A stretch of DNA of 64,000 nt from Myxococcota bacterium. Its GTDB lineage: Bacteria; Myxococcota_A; SURF-8. The notes beneath the pieces were generated by a model, which worked only from the letters and a program-made list of their open reading frames with translations, had not been told where the DNA came from and made no database searches. The position numbers and the translations under genes are program-made. Location of the stretch: positions 1,504,001-1,568,000 of the forward strand of contig CAXXQS010000001.1 of NCBI GenBank assembly GCA_963674735.2. The letters are read 5' to 3'. Shown one piece after another: positions 12,033 to 20,370 of the stretch; position 1 is the stretch's first letter, and each line of letters opens with the position of its first letter.

Positions 12033-12611
12033 ATGGCGACAGACGCATTGAAAGGCAAAGTCCTCGGCGGCACCAACGTCAAAGAGGAGGCCTTTAAAAA
12101 GAACCAGATACTCTACTCCCATTTCGAACCACGCATGGAATACGCCTGGGATAACGGCGTCGGAATCGGGATTTACCTGAGCGGACTGAAACAGGGCAAG
12201 ATCCTCGGATCGTATTGCAAGAAATGCGACCGCACGGTTTTGCCCGCCCGCGCCTTTTGCGAACTGTGCTTTCGTCCCACCGATGGTTGGGTGGAAGTGC
12301 AGGATACGGGCACGGTGGAAACCTTTTCCGTCTCGCGTATTCATTTCGATGCCAGCCGCCTGAAAAAAGGGGAAAAGCCCTATATTCCGGCAGTTATCTC
12401 AATCGACGGCGCAAGCGAGAAGATGGGCATCATGCACATGCTCGATGAAGTCGCGATCGAGGACATTCACATCGGCATGAAGGTCGAGGCGGTTTGGCGG
12501 CCGGAGGAGGAACGCGAAGGCACCATCCTTGATATCCGCTATTTCCGTCCGGTAAAGAAGGCGTCCAAACCTCGCGCGGGCAAGAAACCCTCGCCTAAAA
12601 AGCGCAAGTAA
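12033..12611 (+). CDS. DUF35 Zn-ribbon/OB-fold protein
   Basis: CKKC...PARAFCELC, GTVETFS, IGMKVEAVW. Confidence 0.88.
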   Translation: MATDALKGKVLGGTNVKEEAFKKNQILYSHFEPRMEYAWDNGVGIGIYLSGLKQGKILGSYCKKCDRTVLPARAFCELCFRPTDGWVEVQDTGTVETFSVSRIHFDASRLKKGEKPYIPAVISIDGASEKMGIMHMLDEVAIEDIHIGMKVEAVWRPEEEREGTILDIRYFRPVKKASKPRAGKKPSPKKRK

Positions 12612-12624
12612 AGGGGGGGACAAA

Positions 12625-13089
12625 ATGGCTATTCGAGATAAAATCACCCATACCACACATCTTTCCTACTTCGAAGGACAGATTCCGATCAGCTACCGCT
12701 ACACCTACGGTCTGGCCGGGGAAGCCTTCTTTCAGAAGTTCAAGCTGGGCAAGCTGATTGCGTCGGTTGAAAGCGACACCGGCATGGTTTACTGCCCGCC
12801 ACGAATTTTCTGCGAAGACACCTTCGAGGCCATCGACCAGATCGTGGAATTGGACGGCACCGGGACGGTTGAAAGCTACACCGTCGTTTTCGAAGATATG
12901 CACGGCGAGGAACAAGCTCCGGTCGTCATCGCTTACGTGGTGTTCGACGGCGCAGACGGCGGGTTTGCCGCTCCGCTTGACGTCAACCCGGAAGAAGCCG
13001 TGATCGGCATGGACGTCCAGCTGAAATTTGTCAAAAAAGCCGACCGCCAAGGCTGCATCAACGACGTGTATTTCGTTCCGATCAAATGA
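12625..13089 (+). CDS. DUF35 OB-fold protein with a degenerate Zn ribbon
   Basis: YCPPRIFCEDT, GTVESYT, IGMDV; the first CxxC is replaced by VESDT. Confidence 0.82.
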   Translation: MAIRDKITHTTHLSYFEGQIPISYRYTYGLAGEAFFQKFKLGKLIASVESDTGMVYCPPRIFCEDTFEAIDQIVELDGTGTVESYTVVFEDMHGEEQAPVVIAYVVFDGADGGFAAPLDVNPEEAVIGMDVQLKFVKKADRQGCINDVYFVPIK

Positions 13090-13098
13090 GCGAAGCCG

Positions 13099-13127
13099 GG
13101 CCGGGAGCCCTCTCCCGGCCTTCTTTC
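13099..13127 (+). terminator. Intra-operon hairpin, terminator-like
   Basis: GGCCGGGAG-CCCT-CTCCCGGCC followed by TTCTTTC. Confidence 0.5.
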
Positions 13128-13172
13128 GATCGGCTCCCCTAACCGGGGGTGCCAAATGCGACGAGGTGCGAA

Positions 13173-14330
13173 ATGGATTACAACCTGACACAGGAACAGG
13201 AAATCATCCGGAACTCCATCCGAGACTTTTCCGAAAACGAAATCGCACCGGTGGCGGAGGAACTCAGCCGCGAAGAAACCTTCTCAATCGAGCTGACGCA
13301 CAAGATGGGCGAGCTTGGATTGTTCGGCTGCGTGGTCTCGCCGGATTACGGCGGCCAGGGCATGGACTATCTAAGCTATATTATCGCTGTGGAAGAAATC
13401 GCACGGATCGACGGGAGCCAGGGAGCGACCGTAGCGGCCGGGAATTCACTCGGCATCGGACCCCTTTACTACTTCGGAAACGAAGAGCAACGCCGCAAAT
13501 ATCTACCGGATTTATGTACAGGCAAAAAGCTGTGGGGCTTCGGCCTGACCGAACCGGAAGCCGGATCGGATGCCGGTGGCAGCAAAACCCGCGCGGTGCT
13601 CGAAGCCGGACAATGGACCCTCAACGGTTCCAAAATTTTCATCACCAACTCGGCCTGTGAAATCAGCATGGGCTCGACCGTTCAATGCATTACGGGCAAA
13701 CAGGACAACGGCAAACCGGAATACAGCTGCATCCTGGTCGAAAACGGCACGGAGGGCTTCGAAGCGCGAGCCATGCACAAAAAGCTGGTCTGGCGCGCCT
13801 CCAATACCGGGGAATTGTATTTCGACAATGTCCGTGTCCCGGATGCCAATTTGCTCGGCCAGCGGGGTGACGGTTTTCGCCAGATGCTGGCCACCCTCGA
13901 CGCCGGACGCTTATCCATCGGCGCCATGGGGTTGGGCCTGGCTCAAGGCGCATTCGAAGCCGCCGCCCGCCACGCGGTTCAACGCAAACAGTTCAACAAA
14001 CCGATCGCCCGCTTTCAGGCGACTGAATTCAAGCTGGCCGACATGGCCATGCACATCGAAGCGGCCCGCAACCTGCTTTACAAAGCCTGCTGGCTCAAAG
14101 ACAACCACAAGCCATTCAAGCGTGAAGCGGCTATGGCCAAGCTTTACTGCTCGGAAGTAGCCCACGAGTGCGCCAACCATTGCGTGCAGATTCATGGGGG
14201 CTACGGGTTGATGGAGGAATATCCGGCCGCACGCTACTACCGTGATCAAAAGCTGCTGGAAATCGGCGAAGGCACCAGCGAAATTCAGCGGATCGTCATC
14301 GCACGTGAGGTACTCAAGCAGTTTGAATAA
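13173..14330 (+). CDS. Acyl-CoA dehydrogenase (branched/short chain)
   Basis: FGLTEPEAGSD, GSKIFITN, GGYG, IGEGTSEIQ; ATG 13173 follows GAGGTG. Confidence 0.92.
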   Translation: MDYNLTQEQEIIRNSIRDFSENEIAPVAEELSREETFSIELTHKMGELGLFGCVVSPDYGGQGMDYLSYIIAVEEIARIDGSQGATVAAGNSLGIGPLYYFGNEEQRRKYLPDLCTGKKLWGFGLTEPEAGSDAGGSKTRAVLEAGQWTLNGSKIFITNSACEISMGSTVQCITGKQDNGKPEYSCILVENGTEGFEARAMHKKLVWRASNTGELYFDNVRVPDANLLGQRGDGFRQMLATLDAGRLSIGAMGLGLAQGAFEAAARHAVQRKQFNKPIARFQATEFKLADMAMHIEAARNLLYKACWLKDNHKPFKREAAMAKLYCSEVAHECANHCVQIHGGYGLMEEYPAARYYRDQKLLEIGEGTSEIQRIVIAREVLKQFE

Positions 14331-14350
14331 GCTTAACAGGGGACGGCATG

Positions 14351-14380
14351 AAAAAAGGCGCGGTTTCGGCCGCGCCTTTT
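14351..14380. terminator. Bidirectional intrinsic terminator
   Basis: AAAAGGCGCGG-TTTCGG-CCGCGCCTTTT between convergent genes. Confidence 0.85.
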
Positions 14381-14401
14381 GTATGGATGAGGCCCTTCAC
14401 A

Positions 14402-15298
14402 TCATTGGGTGATTTCCACGCGTAGAAGCTGTTGCCCGATAAAGACATAATCACCATGGAACAGTTCCTGTTCGTTCGTGATGCGATAGAACGTCCCGTT
14501 CTTCGAGCCGTTGTCGGCCAGAAAATACTTGCCGCCCGACTTGGTAATGCGCGCGTGTTTGCCACTGATAAACTGATCGTCGGCGTAATTTAGCGAACAA
14601 TTCTCGCGCCCGATCGTGAACGTCTCGGTTTCGATATGAATCACCGACCCGACGCGGCCATCTTCCAGAATGTGAGTGATGGTGAACCCGGGATTGCCGG
14701 ATGCGGGACTGCCCATGAACTCGGTGCCGTCGTCGTGTTTCTCAACCCCTTCCAGGCGTTGATATTCCTTGTTGTAGTTGGCGCGGAAAAGCTGCTCGCC
14801 CACACGGAACAACATGCCGTCTTTGAGTTCGACCGGCGTCCGCAGCTTGTAAAACACACCGTTCAGGCTGTTCTCGTCGCTCACGAAAAATTTACCGCCG
14901 AAATAGAAGAAATTCGCGTGTTTAGGGGAACAGTAACGATCTTCCGGGAAAAGAATAAACCCTTCCGCGCGACCCGCAAGATGATCGGTGCTGTTCAGAT
15001 TATAGGAAACTCCCTCGAATCCGCCACCTTTCACCAGAACGAGCTTGGCTTTGCCCTTTTCCTGCATCGCGCCGAAAAACATGGTTTTCCCGCCGCCCTC
15101 CGCTTCCTTGACGATTTTGGCCCCGCATTGGGTACAAAACAGGGACGTGGCGGGATTGATGGCTTGGCAGGCGCTACAGATGATATCGACGGATTCATCT
15201 TTGGGAAGTTGGCCTGTCTGTACCAAGTCGAATCCGCAATCCATGCAGAAGGTGGCTTCGGGCTGATTTTCCTTGCCGCAATTCGGGCAGGGTTTCAT
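14402..15298 (-). CDS. Double zinc-ribbon plus tandem FHA-domain protein
   Basis: CPNC..CMDC and CSAC..CTQC; two FHA domains (GR...SPKHA...SLNG and GR...SGKHA...SKNGT); ATG 15298 follows AAGGAGG. Confidence 0.88.
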   Translation of the reverse strand: MKPCPNCGKENQPEATFCMDCGFDLVQTGQLPKDESVDIICSACQAINPATSLFCTQCGAKIVKEAEGGGKTMFFGAMQEKGKAKLVLVKGGGFEGVSYNLNSTDHLAGRAEGFILFPEDRYCSPKHANFFYFGGKFFVSDENSLNGVFYKLRTPVELKDGMLFRVGEQLFRANYNKEYQRLEGVEKHDDGTEFMGSPASGNPGFTITHILEDGRVGSVIHIETETFTIGRENCSLNYADDQFISGKHARITKSGGKYFLADNGSKNGTFYRITNEQELFHGDYVFIGQQLLRVEITQ

Positions 15299-15488
15299 GG
15301 TCGCCTCCTTGGAGTTCCGATTCTGATCGGATGCATCATACACGAGCCGACAAAAACGGTCAAGTTGGGACGCTGTTTGCAGCTCCACCGATACAGAATT
15401 TTCCATGAAACAAAATGAAAAACCGGGAAGGACGTCAAGGCCCAACCCGGTTCCGAATGGTTTTCCAGCTTAAAATGTGTTTTGCCGT

Positions 15489-17321
15489 TTAGAACTTGGC
15501 CTGGACAATCAAAGCCACTCCGATTCGATTCGTGACCGAGGTGTCGTCGAACTCCTTGACAAGCGTTTCGCTGTTTTCGTCGGAGGTCGCCAGCTTGACC
15601 CGATTGGGATCGAACGCATAGCTCAATTCCGCCATGAAGGTCATGAAGGACGACAGCTCGAACTGCAAGTCGAATTTGGCTTCATAGATGTTCCCGGCGC
15701 TTTCACCGGTGGGCAAGATCTCGATGGGACGATTGAACGGCGACACATAACCGGAGGTCGCCGTTTGCCGTTTCACGACCGCCACCGGGGCGCTGTCGTC
15801 TCCTTTATACGTGGCCGGAATCTTCAAACCACCGGTCAAACCCAGGGTAAGATAGGCTTTCGGAATATAGTAATCCAGCGACAACACCCCGAACATTTCC
15901 GGGCGAATCTCTGCCGAATCCGGTAGGGATTGATAGGGAATGAAGCCCGGCGTATCGAAAAGCAGAAATTCCAGGCTGCGGGTGGCCGCTTCCAGATGGA
16001 TGCGCAGATAGTCGTACTTGATTTTTCCGGATACCAACGCCGCCCAACCGACAAAAGGTTTGGTGCCGTTCGTGGAATCCGGATCTTGCAGATTTTGGGA
16101 AAGGTAGTTGCCCTCTGCGGAAACCGCCCAAGAGAACGTGCCCTTCTCGTAAGTATCCGCTTTAGCGAGTTCGAGTTTTTTGCGCGGGTCGTTCTGAGAC
16201 AGGCGCAGGTCCATGCGATCGCCGATGGGAATACCGAACTGATAGGAGAAGCGGCTCGACACACCCCAAGCGAGAATGTCGTCACGGCTTTCATTACCCT
16301 CGATTTCGGCCATGCTGGGATTGTCGCCCTTCTCGATCACGCCGCCGTTCGCTTCGATCATCATACCATCGATGATCTTGGCCCCGGCCCCCATCAACCC
16401 GGCATAGACGGTCTCCACCGGTACGCGTTCGGTATTGAGCTTGTCTTTCTTCGGCTGCGGGTGCGTTTTGAACCCGGCGAACGCATAAAACCAGGGGTGC
16501 TCGAATCCCAGACGTAAACCGGGAACGCTGCTGGTATTCTGCGGAAAAGCCGTTTCTCCGGCCCAGGTCAGATCGTAGTGGAAACCGAGTAGAAAGCGAT
16601 CGGCATCGAAGGGAAAACCGGTAAGATCCAGAATCATCTCTTTGGCCGCGTCGTGATCGAAGATGTACCCGACACGCAGGAACGATCCGTCGTCACCGAA
16701 ACTGGGTTCGGCCGAACCATCCATGGGATCGGTCGACAACTTGAAACGAAGCACCAGAGCGGCTTCGGTCAGAACACCGGGCAGATAGCCGTCGGAGCGA
16801 TGATGCAGCACCAGGTTGGTCTGGTTGACGTCCACCGGCTGAATTTCGCCGGTCTCCCCGGTAAACTCGGAAACGTTTCGCTGGCCGATACCCATGGCGG
16901 GCGAGAATTCGCTGTTTTCCATCAGGTTGTCGTCGGCATAGGTAATGTTAAGCTTGGTATCGATGAAGTCGCTCAATTTGAAGGGATCGTGCATCTTCTC
17001 GAACGTACCGCGCTCCTTCTCCTCCGGCTCGGTCTCCGGCAGAGTTTGCGGATCGACAGCGTTTTCCTCATCGGCTACCGGCTTCGTCACAAACGGCGTG
17101 GGAACGGTTTCCGGCGCAGCAGCCGGTTCCGGTTCTGGAATTGCTTCCGGAGTCACTTCCGGCTCGGGTTCCGCCTTATCCGTTGCGTCTGCGGCAACCA
17201 GATCGGAATCATCTTCATTTAATAGCTTATCTTCGGTAATCTGGGCAAACGCGTTTGCGGACAGACCCACCCAAGCGACGAGCGTCGCAAACGAAATCCA
17301 TCGTACCCATCGTGTCATCAT
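15489..17321 (-). CDS. Exported protein, probable outer-membrane beta-barrel
   Basis: Signal peptide (ANAFA), acidic/Pro-rich N-terminal region, alternating beta-strand pattern, C-terminal LIVQAKF. Confidence 0.6.
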   Translation of the reverse strand: MMTRWVRWISFATLVAWVGLSANAFAQITEDKLLNEDDSDLVAADATDKAEPEPEVTPEAIPEPEPAAAPETVPTPFVTKPVADEENAVDPQTLPETEPEEKERGTFEKMHDPFKLSDFIDTKLNITYADDNLMENSEFSPAMGIGQRNVSEFTGETGEIQPVDVNQTNLVLHHRSDGYLPGVLTEAALVLRFKLSTDPMDGSAEPSFGDDGSFLRVGYIFDHDAAKEMILDLTGFPFDADRFLLGFHYDLTWAGETAFPQNTSSVPGLRLGFEHPWFYAFAGFKTHPQPKKDKLNTERVPVETVYAGLMGAGAKIIDGMMIEANGGVIEKGDNPSMAEIEGNESRDDILAWGVSSRFSYQFGIPIGDRMDLRLSQNDPRKKLELAKADTYEKGTFSWAVSAEGNYLSQNLQDPDSTNGTKPFVGWAALVSGKIKYDYLRIHLEAATRSLEFLLFDTPGFIPYQSLPDSAEIRPEMFGVLSLDYYIPKAYLTLGLTGGLKIPATYKGDDSAPVAVVKRQTATSGYVSPFNRPIEILPTGESAGNIYEAKFDLQFELSSFMTFMAELSYAFDPNRVKLATSDENSETLVKEFDDTSVTNRIGVALIVQAKF

Positions 17322-17368
17322 CTGCCGTTTCTCCAAAGCTTATCGTCAAAAAGATGTAAGATCGCTTA

Positions 17369-18475
17369 TCAATCGAACGAGCAATTGGTGGCCGGAGCCT
17401 CCTCATCGCAGTATTCCGGTCGTTCACCGTATCCCCAGACATCACATGCGTCCCGGGGAACGATAATGTACTCCGAGTTGGGCTTGGGCACGCCGGAATC
17501 CGCCGACCAATGGTGGCGTAAGTTGCCGACCATGCGCGTGAAGGTAACGCCGCGTTCTTCCAGCGGATTAAAGGTGGGCAAGGCCTCGCGTGAAAGTACC
17601 ACGATGGCGGCCCCGCCAATTTTTCCGGTCCATTGCCCATAGGTAAAGAAGGTTTTCTCGGTTACGAAATTGACTTTCATGTTGTTGACCGCAACAAGGC
17701 CGCCCTCGAGCTTTTCCATGAAATCTTTGTCCGCCAATTGATTCGGCGACAACTCCACCGGTTCGGGAAGCGGATAATGGTTGCAGGCGATGCCGTAATC
17801 GGGAAACGAAAGCTCGGTCAGTCCGAAAAATTCGCTGATGGTACCGGAAACGAAACTAACGACATCCCCGCGGTCGACGTAGGGAACGTTATGTGTGTAG
17901 ACGTAGATGTGGTTGAATTCTTCGTCCAACACATCGGTGGCGAAAAATCCACTGAGCGTGGCATGTGTAACGACCATAAGCCCGTCCTCCACATGCATGA
18001 AATGCTTATCCCAGGCAGAAGCTTCGATATCTCCGGCCGGTGTCTGCAAAGTGGCCAAAGTAGGCTTCGGCAGATAAATCGGCTCGGAGACGCCCACCAC
18101 CAGTTCGTCGAGATCCTCGGCATACAAGCGGACCTGATTGAAGCCGCGCATCAGCGGGACGGTCAGCTCGTCACCATTTGCGGCATCGACATCCACTTCA
18201 CCGGTTCGAGAAAGAAATCCGTTAAGAGCTTTGAGGTGCAGGCGCCCCTGATAGTCCTCGATCGGGTCTCCTTCTTCGTCCAAAGCTTCGACACGAAACT
18301 CAACCGGAATTTCCTGGCTGCCATCCAATGGCGCGTCCACGGAGCCGGTCTCGCTCAGAATGGTAACCTTAAGGCTGGTCAGCCCTTTGTCTTTTTCTAT
18401 CACACCGGTATCGAAGCAGCCCCATACGGCCAATCCGACAAACACGGCGAGAAAGAATCGTTTCAGATCGTTCAT
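17369..18475 (-). CDS. Lipoprotein with an Ig-like domain and a double OB-fold module
   Basis: Lipobox AVWGC; GFFATD...RGDVV..SGTISEFFGLTEL...EKLEGGLV...IVPRDACD resembles the OB folds of ExeM/YhcR nucleases. Confidence 0.65.
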   Translation of the reverse strand: MNDLKRFFLAVFVGLAVWGCFDTGVIEKDKGLTSLKVTILSETGSVDAPLDGSQEIPVEFRVEALDEEGDPIEDYQGRLHLKALNGFLSRTGEVDVDAANGDELTVPLMRGFNQVRLYAEDLDELVVGVSEPIYLPKPTLATLQTPAGDIEASAWDKHFMHVEDGLMVVTHATLSGFFATDVLDEEFNHIYVYTHNVPYVDRGDVVSFVSGTISEFFGLTELSFPDYGIACNHYPLPEPVELSPNQLADKDFMEKLEGGLVAVNNMKVNFVTEKTFFTYGQWTGKIGGAAIVVLSREALPTFNPLEERGVTFTRMVGNLRHHWSADSGVPKPNSEYIIVPRDACDVWGYGERPEYCDEEAPATNCSFD

Positions 18476-18485
18476 GTTGCGTGCC

Positions 18486-20354
18486 TCAGTGTAACAGGCT
18501 GATTCGGCCATCGGTGACCGGTTCGATTTCGCGACGTTCCTCGATATAGTCGATCACCACATCTCGCAAGCTCAACATGGTGTCGGCTTTGGTCGTATTC
18601 TGCTCGAAAATATCGAAGCCCGATCCACCATCGGCGATGTAGTCATTCGTGGCAAGATTGAAAACGATATACGGTTTCAGAAGCTCGTAATCCTCCACGA
18701 TCTGAATACCCCCGATTTCAACCTCTTTCACACGACCAAGCGTACAATCAAGTACGCAACGCGCGCCGGAAATCTGTACCTGCGGCGCACACCCGTAGGC
18801 TGCCGTTCGCGATGCCACATAGTTGAACAGATCCTGGATTTCGGTGCCCGACATATACATGGTGGTAATCGAGTTTTCGAAGGGGAATATTTCGTAGAGT
18901 TTCTCGATGGTGATGGCCCCCTTGTCGAGGTCGGCGCGAATTCCCAACGAGTTGGTGATCGAGAAATCCGTTTCCACCTTCTCGCGAGCGCGCATGGCAT
19001 CGGCCACCAGATTTCCAAGCGGAGAATCACCCTCGGCCTTGCGAGGAAAATCGTCACGGGCCGTACCGATTTCACGTTTGAGATCCTGAGCGCGATTGAG
19101 TTCGAACTCGTAATCGTACATCATTTCAGCGACCAACGGATCTTGTCCCACCAATGAATTCCCGTCGGCGTCGCTTTCGCTGGTAATGGGAATCGCCTTG
19201 TAATCATGGCCGACGATCTTGCCGTCACGCACCACGATATCAAGGCGTCCAACACATTTATAATTGACCCCGGAATGGACGACCAAGGTTGTCTCGCCTT
19301 CCGGATTCACGATCTCCAGCGGTGGATAAATGACCACGTGATCGTGACCGCCGAAAATGATGTCGATATCCGGATTGTTCTTGGCCATCTGCACATCGCC
19401 GTGAACGCCCAGATGAGACAACACCACAACCAGATCGACCTGACTCCGAATCATGGGGACATAGGTTGCGATGACTTGATCGGTTTCCAGCGCACGCGCC
19501 CCCATACTGTTGTCGGCGTCACCCAGCGAGTTGAGCGAGCGTAGATTACCCATACCGATATACCCGACCTTCAGGCCGTTGTAGTCTCGGATGAAGAAGG
19601 GGGAAACCAATTCACCCAAACTCGTACTGTTGACATCGTCGGGGGCGTCCCACATGTAGTTGGCGTTGAGCACGGGGAAAGCGGCAAATTTGAATAACAC
19701 CTCGGCCAACCGTTTTGCGCCGCCGTCAAACTCATGGTTGCCGATAACCCCCACATCCACGCCCATGGTAGCCAAAGCCCGGACTTCCGGCTCACCCGCA
19801 AACAGGTTGAAAACCGGTGCGCCTTGAAAATAGTCACCCGTATCGACGTGCGCCACTCTGAGCGAACGTTCCCGCTCTTTGGCGATGGCCCATGCCACTC
19901 GGGCTGCACCACCGTACGTATAATCGGTGCAACTCGGCGCCGAACGCGTGTCTTCCAAACATGCCAGACATTCGGCGTTGTCGTAGGAACCGGATAGGCA
20001 GTCCGTGCAGAGTTCCTCAAATCGCGAGAAAAAGACACAATCACTGCATTCGCCGGAGACGTTGATTTCCGCCTCCGGGTCTCCGACTTCCTCTCGCTTG
20101 TATCCGATGCAACTCTGGCAATCGGAAAGCAGCTTTTCGGCCGGACACCGGTTGATTCCAAGCCGCTCATCCCAGGAATTCGGAACGTAACGATACGGCA
20201 GGATTTTCGAGTGGCTATCGGTTGTATGGAGGAAAGTCATCCGGATATCCTGGCCCGGATAGGCGATGTCCGTTCCTTCCGCCGTGCAACCAAACACGGC
20301 CGTGACCGCTCCGAGAAGGAGCAGCCACGCCGCGACGTTTGGAAAACGCTTCAT
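18486..20354 (-). CDS. Bifunctional metallophosphatase/5'-nucleotidase lipoprotein
   Basis: HTTDSH, DTGDYFQG, GNHEFD, SHLG, GGHDH, C-terminal TNDYIADGGSGF; lipobox VFGC. Confidence 0.92.
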   Translation of the reverse strand: MKRFPNVAAWLLLLGAVTAVFGCTAEGTDIAYPGQDIRMTFLHTTDSHSKILPYRYVPNSWDERLGINRCPAEKLLSDCQSCIGYKREEVGDPEAEINVSGECSDCVFFSRFEELCTDCLSGSYDNAECLACLEDTRSAPSCTDYTYGGAARVAWAIAKERERSLRVAHVDTGDYFQGAPVFNLFAGEPEVRALATMGVDVGVIGNHEFDGGAKRLAEVLFKFAAFPVLNANYMWDAPDDVNSTSLGELVSPFFIRDYNGLKVGYIGMGNLRSLNSLGDADNSMGARALETDQVIATYVPMIRSQVDLVVVLSHLGVHGDVQMAKNNPDIDIIFGGHDHVVIYPPLEIVNPEGETTLVVHSGVNYKCVGRLDIVVRDGKIVGHDYKAIPITSESDADGNSLVGQDPLVAEMMYDYEFELNRAQDLKREIGTARDDFPRKAEGDSPLGNLVADAMRAREKVETDFSITNSLGIRADLDKGAITIEKLYEIFPFENSITTMYMSGTEIQDLFNYVASRTAAYGCAPQVQISGARCVLDCTLGRVKEVEIGGIQIVEDYELLKPYIVFNLATNDYIADGGSGFDIFEQNTTKADTMLSLRDVVIDYIEERREIEPVTDGRISLLH

Positions 20355-20370
20355 CGATTCGTTTACCTTG

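Noticed and set aside
19929-20147. Multiheme cytochrome motifs in the nucleotidase
   Set aside because: The CxxC motifs lack the following His.
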